From Botryllus schlosseri (Eukaryota), in the NCBI GenBank assembly GCA_051294905.1, contig CM119384.1:15934001-15998000 (forward strand): 64,000 nt of DNA, read 5' to 3'. Shown here one piece after another: positions 51,114 through 62,931 of the stretch (its first letter is position 1; the number at the start of each line of letters is the position of its first letter). The translations under genes and the position numbers were made by a program. The notes under the pieces are model-generated. The model was not told the origin of the DNA. It searched no databases and saw nothing but the letters and a program-made list of their open reading frames with translations.

Positions 51114-54100
51114 CTGAACAAAATACAAACGGATTAGTGTAAACATCGTCAAAGCAGTACCGGTATGCAAAAAATTCAATCAATTGTCCTTTATCGAATT
51201 AAATTATCTTGATACTCAAGGGATTAGGATTACTCTACCATGCACACGCCATTGGGCACATGGCACTCACTACCGCTGTAGAGAATGTGGCCAGATAGCG
51301 TAGTGGTATAATACACAGCTGCAACACCAATGTGTTGACTCTGAGATTCCTCCCCAAGTGTTGGAGGTTTATCAAGGCTCCTCCTCGCCATATCATCCGT
51401 GCAAGCGGTGTCTTCAAAAAGCCTACAAGTGTGCCGTGCTACAAGTTGGCAGCTACAGAATCAGAAATAAGGAATAACGGCCTGGTGTAAATGACCATTG
51501 TAGTTGACAAACACCATGAATTACACGAACAACAACCGGTGTGGATTAGGAAAATTGTATCAGAGTTATGTAAATAATTTCTAGCAATTTTGCCAACCAA
51601 GTCATTCTAATAACCCTTTATGACAATATTTCCAGATGAATGTCAACAATAGACACATAAAACATGGTGTTGGGTGGAGTTTTGCAAAAGACTTGATTTT
51701 GGGCAAGTTCATAGTACAATTTCAGGATAGGCACAACTCTTAGGAAAACTTGACCCTACTACGCTGACTTCAAGTGTTATCCAGTTATAGATTAGTAGAT
51801 ATATTTATGCTCTCCATATATTCGCTGTAGTCTGGTTTGCAATTGTTCAATTCGAAGCATTGCCTCTGATAACTGAGCTGAAGTAAATTTAAAAACATTG
51901 TCTCATCTTTACTTACATAATTGTGATGAATTCAAAGTTTTGTCAGTTTGTATTACTATGGAACTGGTAAAGTAAAGTTGAATACCGTGACGTGACCACA
52001 ATTCACAAAAAGCGCAATCTGCAGCCCAGCAATCATTATTATTTATTGAAGGCGAAGTCTCAAATTATCGTCTTGCTTTATGCCCTCTTTATATTAATGA
52101 ATAACTTGAGTTCTTGAAATTTTATTGTTAAAATGGACATTGTTCATTTTTCAATGATTGTTGAGCAAATACCAGCGGTGGGTTAGTACGCCACATATTA
52201 TATCGTACGTAAATCAGTGTGGGAAATGCGTAAGTATAAGACCTGGCGGCTTAGCTTCATCAAATGACCGTTTCAAAAGAAGAATTATAGCACCGGCACT
52301 GTAAATTATCAGCATTGTACAGATCTCGAATTCCGTGAAGATAAATGAACAGTATATAGTGTGCACTGTGAGTAAATAATTAAAGAATAAACATGAACAC
52401 ATAGTTATGTGGAATTCCAATTAGGTTTCTTAACAATGTAGAATAATAACTATCGATAAGAAAGCCCAGGTACGGCAGGCAGACGCAAACTCATGCTGAC
52501 ATTAGGCCCTATAATTTTGCACTATTTTGGGGAGTGCTAAATAATAAATACCTCCAGTTAAGTACGATACCGTCTCAAAGACAACGAAATAACAGACATC
52601 AGAAATGTATGATATGAAATTAGGAATCAATAGCACATACCAAATACCAGAAAGCCTAATGGGGCATTTCAGTTGAAAATAGATAGTGCCACCAATGCTG
52701 TATGCACAGGGGAGAGTAAAAGGTCCCTTGACATGCATATACGATTATTACCATGGGGCTGCAGGGCATTAATGCGCATCAATCGGTTATATCATGATAT
52801 GAAGGGGAGTCAAAACACCAATCAATCTTGCCACGATCCAACTTAATTGGAAAATCATTCGGAGATCGCAAAATGAGAAATGAAAATCGGAAAATTTGGA
52901 TTAAAAGCAATCATAGTCAACCAATCATACTTCCATTGCAATTGTAATATAATAATCATCTAAATTGGAAGAATGTAAACAGACATATTTCAAAATTCAA
53001 AGCTTTTGCAATTATGCTTTAGTTTAGAGATGCTAAAGATACAACAAATAGGGGATTAACTCTCAAACCCAATTAGCGATTTTCCGACTAGTAATCTCAC
53101 AGCAAAGTTATAGCTCCAAGCAGCAGCAGGAGTTTCAAAAACATTAGGTGTATATGACTTCTTCAGTGATCTAGTGACTGAAATATCTCAACCTTCGTAA
53201 TGTATAGTGAAGTGGGCCACAGGAGCGTTTTGACGAAAGCCATGTAACTGTTGACAAGTTGTTAAGTTGGTGAAAAGTGTAGTTTTGTTCATTTCAATAT
53301 TCCTTTAAAAATTATCTTCATATTGCCAAATTAAATCTGCTTCAAACCATAGGCGTGGCCAGGATAAAATTTGAGAATGGCGAAATAATGTTCATGATCT
53401 CAATAGAAAAAATTATGTTGCTGTGTCGCAATCATGACCAGTGAACAAGCCTGTGTGTGCCACATGACAGCCCTGTAAAGGGAAATAATTCAAAGATACA
53501 ATAGCAGGAAACCAAACTAACGCGGTAGTAACTATGTATTTCCACGTTCATGTGATGTGTACCGTTTAAAACGGCATTCGTTGAACGCGGAAGGATGTAA
53601 CCTGAGGCGGAAGTATGTTTGATGTATTAAAAGTAGGGTCATGTTGATTTGACGTAAAACCAGCAGAACTTGTCAGTTATGGATCTATAAATTATATTAT
53701 AACCACACCCCGATGGAGCTGACGAGTGTCAGCCGAAAATATTCGGGTTTATTTCAATATGAATATACTATTCAACAAGAGAACTATTCCTGTTTTTTTC
53801 CCCACTCTCTGATACCAACTAACCGTACTGGTAGCCTATGTAAGCATCAGAACGCCATGTAGGAATGTCACGTACAGTCATATTCTACTACAAAGTGCAA
53901 TAATTGATTGTCATGTATACTGTGTAGGGTTACCACAAACCCAGAGGATAGCCTTATGTTGAAATGAGGCCTCTAGTCCCAGATAACTGGCAATCTTCGA
54001 AAGTATGTTTACTACTCATCTTTATTTCTGTCTAGGATGTCATGGAGACAAATGTCGATCTCTATTTCGAGCAAAAGATCTAGAGGCAGGCCACGGGAGA

Positions 54101-54590
54101 GTGGAAACAACTATGAAAAAGGATAAATGGTGTATCTGATACAGTTAAGACTGACGTTTGCGTGATATTCGAGCTCTACTTTCCAGTCTCTAGCTACTTC
54201 CTGCTTCCTAAACTTTTCTAAATATATTGATTGGTGGACCTAGGTGCAATTACTCTAATATTTTACAGCCCTATAAAGATTAAAAATAAAAAGATGCAAA
54301 AAATGCCAATGAAAGACAAAGGTAAAATCTATCAGATATGGAAAGTGTTTAATGGGATGGGAGCGCTTGTTTTGCTGCAATTAAGTCATCAACGTTTGGT
54401 TTGGTTTCGGACAGCGCAGCTCTCATGCTGTATACAACATCTAATATGTATCGTCATTCACTTTTCATATTGACTAAATTTTCATTGCGAACCCTCTCAT
54501 ACTGATGTACAGAACCCAGTTTCGGGAGCGCCGACTTAAAGTTTCGTAGCACACATCAATGTTGGCATAGAAAAATTGAGTGATAGCTAC

Positions 54591-54789
54591 CGTTCTCTTT
54601 TCGTTTTGTGGCGCAATCGATCCAGTTGTAATCGTTGGCGGGCAGCGCGAGTTCAAAGTCCTGCAGGTCGAAACACAACTTCATTTTGTAGGGAGCGAAA
54701 CTGAGAATATCGGGCGAATCCTTGCTGGACCAGTCCTCCATCAGATCGGCAATGAAATTTTTGTGCTCAAACAGCAACGAGGCCGAAAC
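54591..54789 (-). CDS. BLTP1: BLTP1 exon 10
   Basis: HKNFIADLMEDWSS...NWIDCATKRKEN. Confidence 0.92.
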
Positions 54790-55011
54790 CTGGTCAACAA
54801 CGTTCGGCCTGTTATTAACATGATCAAAAATACAAGTAATGCGTAATGCGAAAATATACGTACTTCACACTATGACTTTTTTTATCAACAAAAATTACAG
54901 TCTCGATGCTTTCTTCCCACCGTGCAAGCCTCGAAACCTCGGTTTGTGGTATCACAGTATCCAAAACATGTGGCACAAAGCTCGGTATAGCATATATTAG
55001 TTAGTTATTAG

Positions 55012-55390
55012 TAGGGCGATTTTTGAACCTAAAAACGGAAGATTTTGACCTAAAAAAAATTTACATTTTTTTACCTTAAAAAACTTAATTTTGACAAAAT
55101 GTTGCTCTCAAGTATGTAAATTAGGTGTTTTTGCACATAATGTTAGAATTGTACTAATTATCTTCATTTGTGGTCGGAACTGTCTGTCGTTACGAAGTAG
55201 TTTGGCCTGAAAAAAACTTGTTTGACTTAAAAACTCACAAATTTTTACATGAAAAAACTTTAGTTGAACAAAACCTATGAAGAATGCCAGTATCAAATTA
55301 TCTTTTGTGTGGTGTAGAACTGGGAATATTTTCATTGCGGTTGCATAAAACGTACAAATTTGAAATTTCCACCAAACGACACCATAATGG
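55012..55390. repeat. Dispersed repeat/MITE shared with 16830-17317
   Basis: Same internal block; starts TAGGGCGAT; right boundary approximate. Confidence 0.55.
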
Positions 55391-55509
55391 TTGACACTCC
55401 TCAACTAGAATCTTAATACTCTATTTGTAATCGAATCACTTGGATAATCGATTTTTACCAGCTCCAGTAATGCCATCTCATCAGACAAGTTCGAAAAGGC
55501 AACCGATAC

Positions 55510-55655
55510 CTTGCTAGCTTTAATATCGCAATTCCACACTTGTTCGTCATTCCACACTCGAGGATAGTTGGCAGTGATGTTGAAGCTGAGCATCTCCGCA
55601 TTCAAGAGCGGTCGGTACGACATACTCGTGGAAGCGTTCGGATACATGAGTTGCC
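55510..55655 (-). CDS. BLTP1: BLTP1 exon 9
   Basis: STSMSYRPLLNAEMLSFNITANYPRVWN. Confidence 0.92.
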
Positions 55656-55765
55656 CTGCAGTAGAATATGCTCAGTGTCAATACCAGCTAATTAATAAGG
55701 TCCACCACAGAACTGTATACTGCAGAGTGGATGATATAGAAATTGATGTAAAAAGGCAGGCTCAC

Positions 55766-55832
55766 CCATGACATGCGTGGTAAAACCGTTCTCTGATACA
55801 ATCATCGGCACCCGGAATTCAACACAAGTACC
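55766..55832 (-). CDS. BLTP1: BLTP1 exon 8
   Basis: GTCVEFRVPMIVSENGFT; G|gtgagc. Confidence 0.9.
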
Positions 55833-56449
55833 CTGAAATTAAATAAAAAGACTGAAGATCGACCTTTAACTAAATTAAGATTGCTCACTGAAGTCGCAGT
55901 GGCAAAAAGATTGGTTTTCGCCCAGAAATATACCAACAAGACCATTCACCATTTACACTAACACCATTTTATCAAAAATAATGCAGCTTTTCCTATGACA
56001 CGCTTCTAGAATTCTATAAGACGTCCAATCCGGGGCCTAATCTTTGTTACAGACAGTCGGGCACAAACTCACGATAGCCTACTAATACAGAGCCTTGGAT
56101 TTGCTATTCACTGTGTCATAGAATCCTCAACTCGCTTTTAAAAGATATCGTATGATTTCCAGATTAAGGAATACTGTATAGTACCGTGGATGTAAAAGCC
56201 TTGTGCAGAGCACAAATTCTAATTCGTAAGCAACTTTAGAATGTAGGCTTGAAAAAGCAATAGGAAATATCGGAGGGACGGACATCGATCCAACCGTGGA
56301 TACTTCATATTGCTACCTCGCAGACCCGGACAAGATAATTATTTGCCTTTGCCGAGCGTATCTTAGTTTAAAATTTGATACAGCAACATTTACTGGATTG
56401 TTAACTGCTACATTTCTCACCTCTCCTGTAAAAATGCAAATAAACATAC

Positions 56450-56645
56450 CTTGTTAACATTAATATGGATTGCACTTGGTACGTCGTCTTTCAAGAACAG
56501 AAGATCAATGTCGGCCGGCTGCAAAAGGCTGACGTACAAATTGAAACCGTTGGCGCTACGCAACTCTCCTTCCTTCCCTTCCTCTGTTACTTCCTGCTTC
56601 TGATAATCTGGCGGGTAGTAAAACTTCCACAACTGGAATATTTGT
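56450..56645 (-). CDS. BLTP1: BLTP1 exon 7
   Basis: QIFQLWKFYYPPDY...ADIDLLFLK; AAG|gtatgt. Confidence 0.92.
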
Positions 56646-56784
56646 CTGACAAAAATAGAAAATATTGGGCTTCACCGATAGAAAAGATAAATGCCACCAC
56701 AAAAGATCTACCATCTCGCTTGCATCTGACATTTAAAAAACTTCTTGGAGTTACACAACTTCAATATACAATTGCATAGCATAT

Positions 56785-56830
56785 TCATATTGAAATGAAC
56801 CCGAAAATATTCGGTTTCATTTCAATATGA
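56785..56830. repeat. 46-nt hairpin of the TCATATTGAAATGAACCCGAA repeat family (other copies 96-119, 53719-53763, 60412-60456)
   Basis: 21-bp stem with one mismatch and a 4-nt loop. Confidence 0.8.
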
Positions 56831-56869
56831 CATTTACAACATGCAAGAATAAAGCAGGGCATTGTAAAA

Positions 56870-57056
56870 CGTAGGTGGTTGAAATAGTCATCATTGGTTT
56901 CCAAGTAGAAGTAGAAGCAATGTCGTAAATTTCTACTCGAGCACAGAAATGACAACTACTGAGTGCAAGTAGAAGTAGTTTGAGTTCAACCACTTATGTT
57001 AGCAGTGCACTACTTGAGTCCTTTGAATAAGTAGAAGTACTCTGTCACCACCTCTG
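56870..57056. mobile_element. Degenerate MITE with AGTAGAAGTA repeats
   Basis: Ends GTCACCACCTCTG, same terminal type as 45183 and 21487; left end degraded. Confidence 0.45.
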
Positions 57057-57525
57057 CTTAAAAGTAGTGACTATTATATCGTGTCGTAAAGTTAACTTCA
57101 CTCTTCTGAAAGATAGCTTCAATGTCATTCCACTCACAGACGTTGTCTCTTTTAAATTGCTTTGACCGTGAGTAATAATGATGCAGGCCTACCTTAATAC
57201 CCATATTCTATACAACCGCACACCTACAAAACATTCAATTACATTAATTAATTACGATACTTATGGTACACAGCCAAATACGTGTAACAGACACTCTTCT
57301 CTAAAAGCATTCGACGTTATTTCTGAATTTTAAATTAAGAAACACATATTTATTAATGCGTATCAACAAAACTACTGTCACCTAATCGAAATGAAGTTAC
57401 AAACCATTCACCATATCAGCCAGGAGATTTATTAGATATACATGATGTGACTATCTGTACCGGTATAACAAACATTATAATAGAGCAGCTTGAACTATCA
57501 TTTCTTACTCCGAAAATATACATAC

Positions 57526-57676
57526 CGGTCAGCCCAAGGTCCATAATTCAAAGTAACCCTTCTGTCGCAACGTACTTCCAGCTCCCATACGGAGCTGTCA
57601 TCTTCGATGTCGTGATCGGTGGCCTTGGCCTCGTACTCGGAAAAATTCGACTCAGCCGACGGCACTCCTGTTTTTC
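57526..57676 (-). CDS. BLTP1: BLTP1 exon 6
   Basis: WELEVRCDRRVTLNYGPWADR; acceptor either 57676 or 57667 (both in frame). Confidence 0.88.
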
Positions 57677-58223
57677 CTGATTTACGTATTCACAGAGAAA
57701 TAGGTCAGCACGTTCGTCAAGAAACAACGCGACAGCGACAAAAGTAATTGAAGTAATGAAGAGATGAACAGTCTTGTGAAGATAATAGGAAAGCATTGTA
57801 CAAGACGGGATGGATTTGCAGTTTCGAATTTGTTGAATTCAAGAATCCTGCATTATTATTGAATGATTCAGTATCCCAGATGTAAATGACGAAGACTTGC
57901 AGTCACACTAAATGTTTTCAGGGCTGTCCTCTGGATTTGAATTTCTAGGTATAGCTTTTGTGGGTAGTCAAGAGTGTTGGTTGATAGTGGCAGTCCCAAT
58001 TTTAGGTACAACAGACGACAAGCTAGGGTCGCTAATACATTATCGATTGAGTCGCCAACATTAGTCACAATCAAACTTTTATAACTATGGTTCACAATTT
58101 TGGATCCATGAGAGTCGGTAACGGAGTCTAATGCAAGTTTACGCAATTTGTCAGCTTAGAGCTAAACACATTCGAAGTTTGAGCATCACCAGGGAGTAGC
58201 AAAGACCTCAGAGAAATACACAC

Positions 58224-58481
58224 CTGGTTCGTCCCAAATGTATTTGAAAAACACATTGCTCGAATGCACGAGGTTGTACCCCTCTCCCATTTTTCTAGGC
58301 GGCGGATCGGTTCCGCGATTTTGTCGATGGGGCGGCAGTGTCGCCGGGTCGTATTTGGGACTATTGACGAGCATCACTTTCACAGACCCCAGGCTACCTT
58401 CCAGCACATGCATGAAGAGATCGTACACGTTGCTAGCTTTGGCAGTCTTGTACTGCGCGTTGACATCCTCATAGGCAGCAA
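58224..58481 (-). CDS. BLTP1: BLTP1 exon 5
   Basis: DLFMHVLEGSLGSVKVMLVNSPKY...PPRKMGEG...WDEPG. Confidence 0.92.
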
Positions 58482-59027
58482 CTGTGACGAAATTGAACCA
58501 AATAAGTCGAGAAGTATGGCAATATCGATTGTCACCTATCAAACCTAGCACTGTCTGATAACGTATGTTTGTCTAAATATAGAGTACGGTATCTATTAAG
58601 TAGAAAAGATGACATTGAGATGATAAGCCTCGTAGGCCTAGTACAGTCACATAGTAAAAAATCCTGTGATAATTCATGGCAACTTAGAGTACAGTAATTA
58701 ATGACTTAGGCGTTAAAATCACTTGATATATATGTCCACTTGTCCAGATGATAACATAGTAATAACGGCGTTCGATTAGATGTGAAAACGCAGCACATTT
58801 CAAAATTTGATTCATCGCAACAGTTACAAAAGTCAGCTTAGTCGCCTACATGAATTCCACACATTTGCAGAAACATCCTACCCATAAAGGTACTATATTC
58901 ATTACAAACATGTTTGTAGTTTTCAGAAAACCCAATAGGCTACTGCTCAAACCGCTACCTTGCAACTGACGATCGGAAAACTTGGTGACGAAAAAATTGA
59001 GTGACCGAAAATGTAGAATGCACTCAC

Positions 59028-59162
59028 CTAATGTTGATGGGAGAAGTTTGTTGCCAAATATCACTTTTCCATATGATATCTGAATCTTAATAACTGGAAT
59101 TAGATTCCTCCACTGCGATATTTTCTGATCAACCGGCTTCTGTTCTTGAGTTTTATCTAAAT
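59028..59162 (-). CDS. BLTP1: BLTP1 exon 4
   Basis: QWRNLIPVIKIQISYGKVIFGN; donor G|gtgagt. Confidence 0.92.
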
Positions 59163-60884
59163 CTGAGATGGAACAAATTATTTCTTTTGTCGGAGTCATC
59201 TTATCCTATATCTAATGTAGTCAGGCAAAGTCTTGACCAGAAAGCAAGTAGTAGTTATGTTCAATTGTGCAAATTAGTCATCTGTAAAACCTGGTGAAAC
59301 AGTCATCAACAGAGCCACCTGTTTACATCGTATTTCAACTGTTAGCATAAACCACTCAAACTGGAAAGCTTTCATTGCAAAATATTTGTGGTTTCTGAAA
59401 TATACTTTGAGTGACTGTTATCAAGATCTAAGAACACAACACCTGGACAAGTGTTACAGATTAATACTCAAATTTGCAGTCTACGGGGAAGAGTGAATCA
59501 TATAGACACTGTATAATGTATATGTTCAATGTCTCTCGAGAGAGAGGAACTTTGTCATGTTGACCACCGCTTGTTCTCGTATAACATTCAGAAGCCTACT
59601 TTACAAAGTATGTTTCATTGAAGAGAACGAGAGAGCGTGAATTTACTTTTCTGGTACTACATATTTGAAAACGCTACCGAACCAAATTCCCTCATACCGA
59701 TACATCAACACATAGTGGCTGAAGCTGACATAAGGCTTGATGGCCAACTAGATTGATATTTTTATCTTTACTTTCCATTCAGTGTACAGTACATGCCTCC
59801 TTTTTTACATTGCCTAGGCCAGGTGGGTGTCTGATTTCGAAGACTACTCCAAGTCATTTCTAAAAAACTTCCTCTCTTTCATTGCATCGCAGTTTTGTGG
59901 TGTATTGAAATGATGAAATTTTTAGCAATAAATTGAATTGAATCTTGAAGTAAAACAAAATTCTTTGGATGAACCATGGATTTCATGTACCGGTATTGAA
60001 TATTTTGCAATCCCCTTAATGGTCAAATATTGAAGGCCAGTAATGTAAAAATATCCAGAGAACAGTCGCTTAGCATTGTCACAAATGACGAATTCACGAT
60101 TTATAGTGACTGAAATGTATGGTGCATAAATGGTGTTGTTACATAGCGGTGGTGAGATAATGGTTTTAATTATAATCTGCCCTTCAACGAGACAGTAATT
60201 TGATGTCCTACAAAGGCTAATGATAAATTTTTAACTCCTACAAATAAATATGAACCAAGTAATGCAGCTTTGTAAACCATATTATCATCAGTGTGGATGG
60301 ATGGAGGCCTACTGGAATTGCTCTTGAATTTACAAGTGAATCACAAATACTAATCAGATTTTGAGCAGCTTCTTGGAGCTACAGAACTTCAATACACAAT
60401 TGATTATTATCTTCATATTGAAATGAACCCGAATATTTTCAGCTGACACTCGTCAGGGGTAATCGTCGGCAACTAGTAGAGAATTCAAAAGAACATCGTA
60501 TATCAAAAATTGTATCACAAAATATGACGTCACCAGCATGAAATGTCGATTACGAGAGCGTTTAATGTAATATTTTTAGATGGTACACGAACTGTTTTTG
60601 TTGACACAGCCTTCGCTGGTGTATTTCGATAAAAGTCGACTCCAAGGCACACAAATGAAAGTGTGAACGGCCCCTTCCGATGACGCAAGTCAGATTTTGC
60701 AATGCACATTAGCAGGTCAATGTGCAACGACATTACATAGGGCTGCACAACTACAACCAAATATCAGGAAACAAGTGATGTTGATCCCAGGTGAAAACAG
60801 CGAAACCCCACCACATTATTCACGTAATCAAGTTGAGCATTATAAACCTTATTACAGTTATACTACAAAGAATCCGAAACCTAC

Positions 60885-61019
60885 TTGATTTGTCAACAAA
60901 GGTTTGTGAGTCAATACCAAACAGCTTCTCAAGACGGCCATATACACTTGATCTGTTGTACACATGGTATTCGAGACCGGATATGAATACACTCAGCCTT
61001 GTGTGTCCTTCATTCAAGT
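60885..61019 (-). CDS. BLTP1: BLTP1 exon 3
   Basis: TRLSVFISGLEYHVYNRSSVYGRLEKLFG; phase 1-1. Confidence 0.92.
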
Positions 61020-61515
61020 CTGAAATAAATTTATATGCCAAACGGTTTAGTGGTGACACAACATCCTGGAGGCATATAAATAAGAAGCGCTGGCTTTTAA
61101 ATGCCGTAATGAGCTAGAATCGTTTCAAAACAGCACTGATGGCTATCCATTATTAGATATTATACAGAGCCAATGATTCAGAACTATTTTGTTGCATTTT
61201 CCCCTTTTTGTTCCTCTATAACACAGAAGGAAGTTGTCAAATTTTAACCAATTCATATTGTTTCCAATCGATTGCAACAGCTTGTCATGCCTTTATAAAG
61301 ACATAGAGTGATCAAAGTATGATATTGCAACAGCCAACAGCTATACCATAAAATTAGATATAGACCAAAGTCATTGAGACGTAGATGAGTATGTCAACAT
61401 AGCTTTACATAGCAGTGATCATTACCAGCAATATAGTTATAAAACAAGCACAATCATTTAGCTCCCACTGTTATGATACATGACATGGCTACAATCTAGA
61501 AAATTGAAACTACAC

Positions 61516-61683
61516 CTTTTTTCTTTCTCCAGTGACTAAATTGATACGGTCTCCACCATCGGAAGATGCAATATCCATCGTAAATGAAGATGGAATTGTC
61601 GGTGGTGATATATTCCACATCGCGAAACATAATTTTTCCAGAAAGCACAGATATAGAAAATGATCCGAGCTTCAAGTAACCAT
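61516..61683 (-). CDS. BLTP1: BLTP1 exon 2
   Basis: DGYLKLGSFSISVLSGKIMFRD...FRWWRPY; ttcag| and AAAG|gtgtag. Confidence 0.93.
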
Positions 61684-61753
61684 CTGAAAAACGGAAAAAA
61701 TTCACGCCACGTTCGCGTTAGAAATGCGTCGTTCCACAATCATGGATACACAC

Positions 61754-62042
61754 CTTTGATGAATGGATTGAGACATTTGGTTAAAATAAATCCGAAAATT
61801 CGCGCATTGTAAAACGTCAAGTAGAGGACCCACAGAGCGGAAAGTATCGCAACGGCAAAAAATTGGAAGAGTGACGAATTGGCATCTTTCAAATCTCGGT
61901 CTATACATTTCAAATCTTGCAGCACCTGGTCCCCGCTACAATTCAGAGCCGGGGATAAATCCACAGTTGTGACATATGGCTCGCTTGAATTCTGTGTGTC
62001 GCTCAGTGAAATCAAGGAAGCCCATAGCAGGATGAGGCGCAT
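61754..62042 (-). CDS. BLTP1: BLTP1 exon 1 (start codon, signal-like N-terminus, TM anchor)
   Basis: MRLILLWASL...AILSALWVLYLTFYNARIFGFIL matches the BLTP1 TM region; donor AAAG|gtgtgt. Confidence 0.9.
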
Positions 62043-62092
62043 TGTAGCACAGAATCTAACCTACTGATGCTGATATTGTAAGTCACATTTCT

Positions 62093-62112
62093 CTAGAAAA
62101 AGACACAAGTTA
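62093..62112 (-). promoter_or_regulatory. 3' splice acceptor about 50 nt upstream of the BLTP1 ATG (cis 5'UTR intron or SL trans-splice site)
   Basis: Minus strand aacttgtgtctttttctag|AGAAATG; no strong upstream donor seen in the intergenic region. Confidence 0.55.
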
Positions 62113-62341
62113 TATTTACATCGAAAGTAACAAAAAATAGTGAACGAACAGGAATGGCAATCACTCTGAATGACATTCAGTGATAAAACAATGTAATGTA
62201 ATGAAAAATATAATGAGTGTCAGGTGTCAGTGTCCAATTCGAATGTGGCAATACATTGACACATGAAAAACAACGCCAATATGGCTCTGACTACAGGCAG
62301 TATGTTACAAATGTTAGGGGAGGCTATGGGCTAATTCAATA

Positions 62342-62347
62342 TTTATT
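62342..62347 (-). terminator. Candidate polyadenylation signal of the DSN1-like gene
   Basis: AATAAA on minus strand about 585 nt after the stop codon. Confidence 0.35.
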
Positions 62348-62931
62348 CAGCAGATGATTGATATCAGGCAGAGAAATGTGACAAGAATAAGACGCGGTTA
62401 AGCAGTCGGCATTTGTTGATGCAATGGTAATCTAGCGATAATCATGAATTGCTACATTATATCGCTTGTAGAACGGATCATCGATTTTGAATCTGTTGCT
62501 AATGCTCTTGGCTTACATAATTCAAATCATCATATGTGGTTTCTCTTTAATGGGAGGTATCCATTCTATGTTTATAAATTAATAACTCTCAATTTCAATT
62601 TCATAGCATACTGCGATGCAACATCAGTATCAAACACTAATGATTCTAACTGGGCAGTACTTTCCTCGAGTACGGTAGGAATAATGTACCGAAACTATAT
62701 TTCTCATTGATAATATAAATCATAGTTTAACGGGCATATTACTACACTACTAGATAAAAAATTGGATGTCACTAAAATCACCACAATTGATACTGGACTC
62801 GGAATCATGTACTCAAATTGTTGTACCCAGCGCTACTAACGACAACAAGTTAGGAATCAGCACGACAATATCAATTATTTTGGCGATTTTGCCACGATGA
62901 ACAGAACATTCTTGATATTAGTCAGCAAAGA

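Larger units (their letters stand above)
235..62042 (-). other. BLTP1: Gene span: bridge-like lipid transfer protein family member 1 (KIAA1109/tweek/LPD-3); 71 coding exons in window, 3' end outside window
   Basis: Dozens of collinear peptides match recalled human BLTP1 (GSFSISVLSGK, YNRSSVYGRLEKLFG, NYGPWADR, LWKFYYPPDY, QHPASLH, EVGSFEHSLTTDLLN, FLQLSVNDLGICLP, TTVFYIPG, FKYDMRRLNEILAFPKAWYRRSIARRLFLG, MNMSNVMGNT). Splice phases join into one open frame. Confidence 0.97.
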
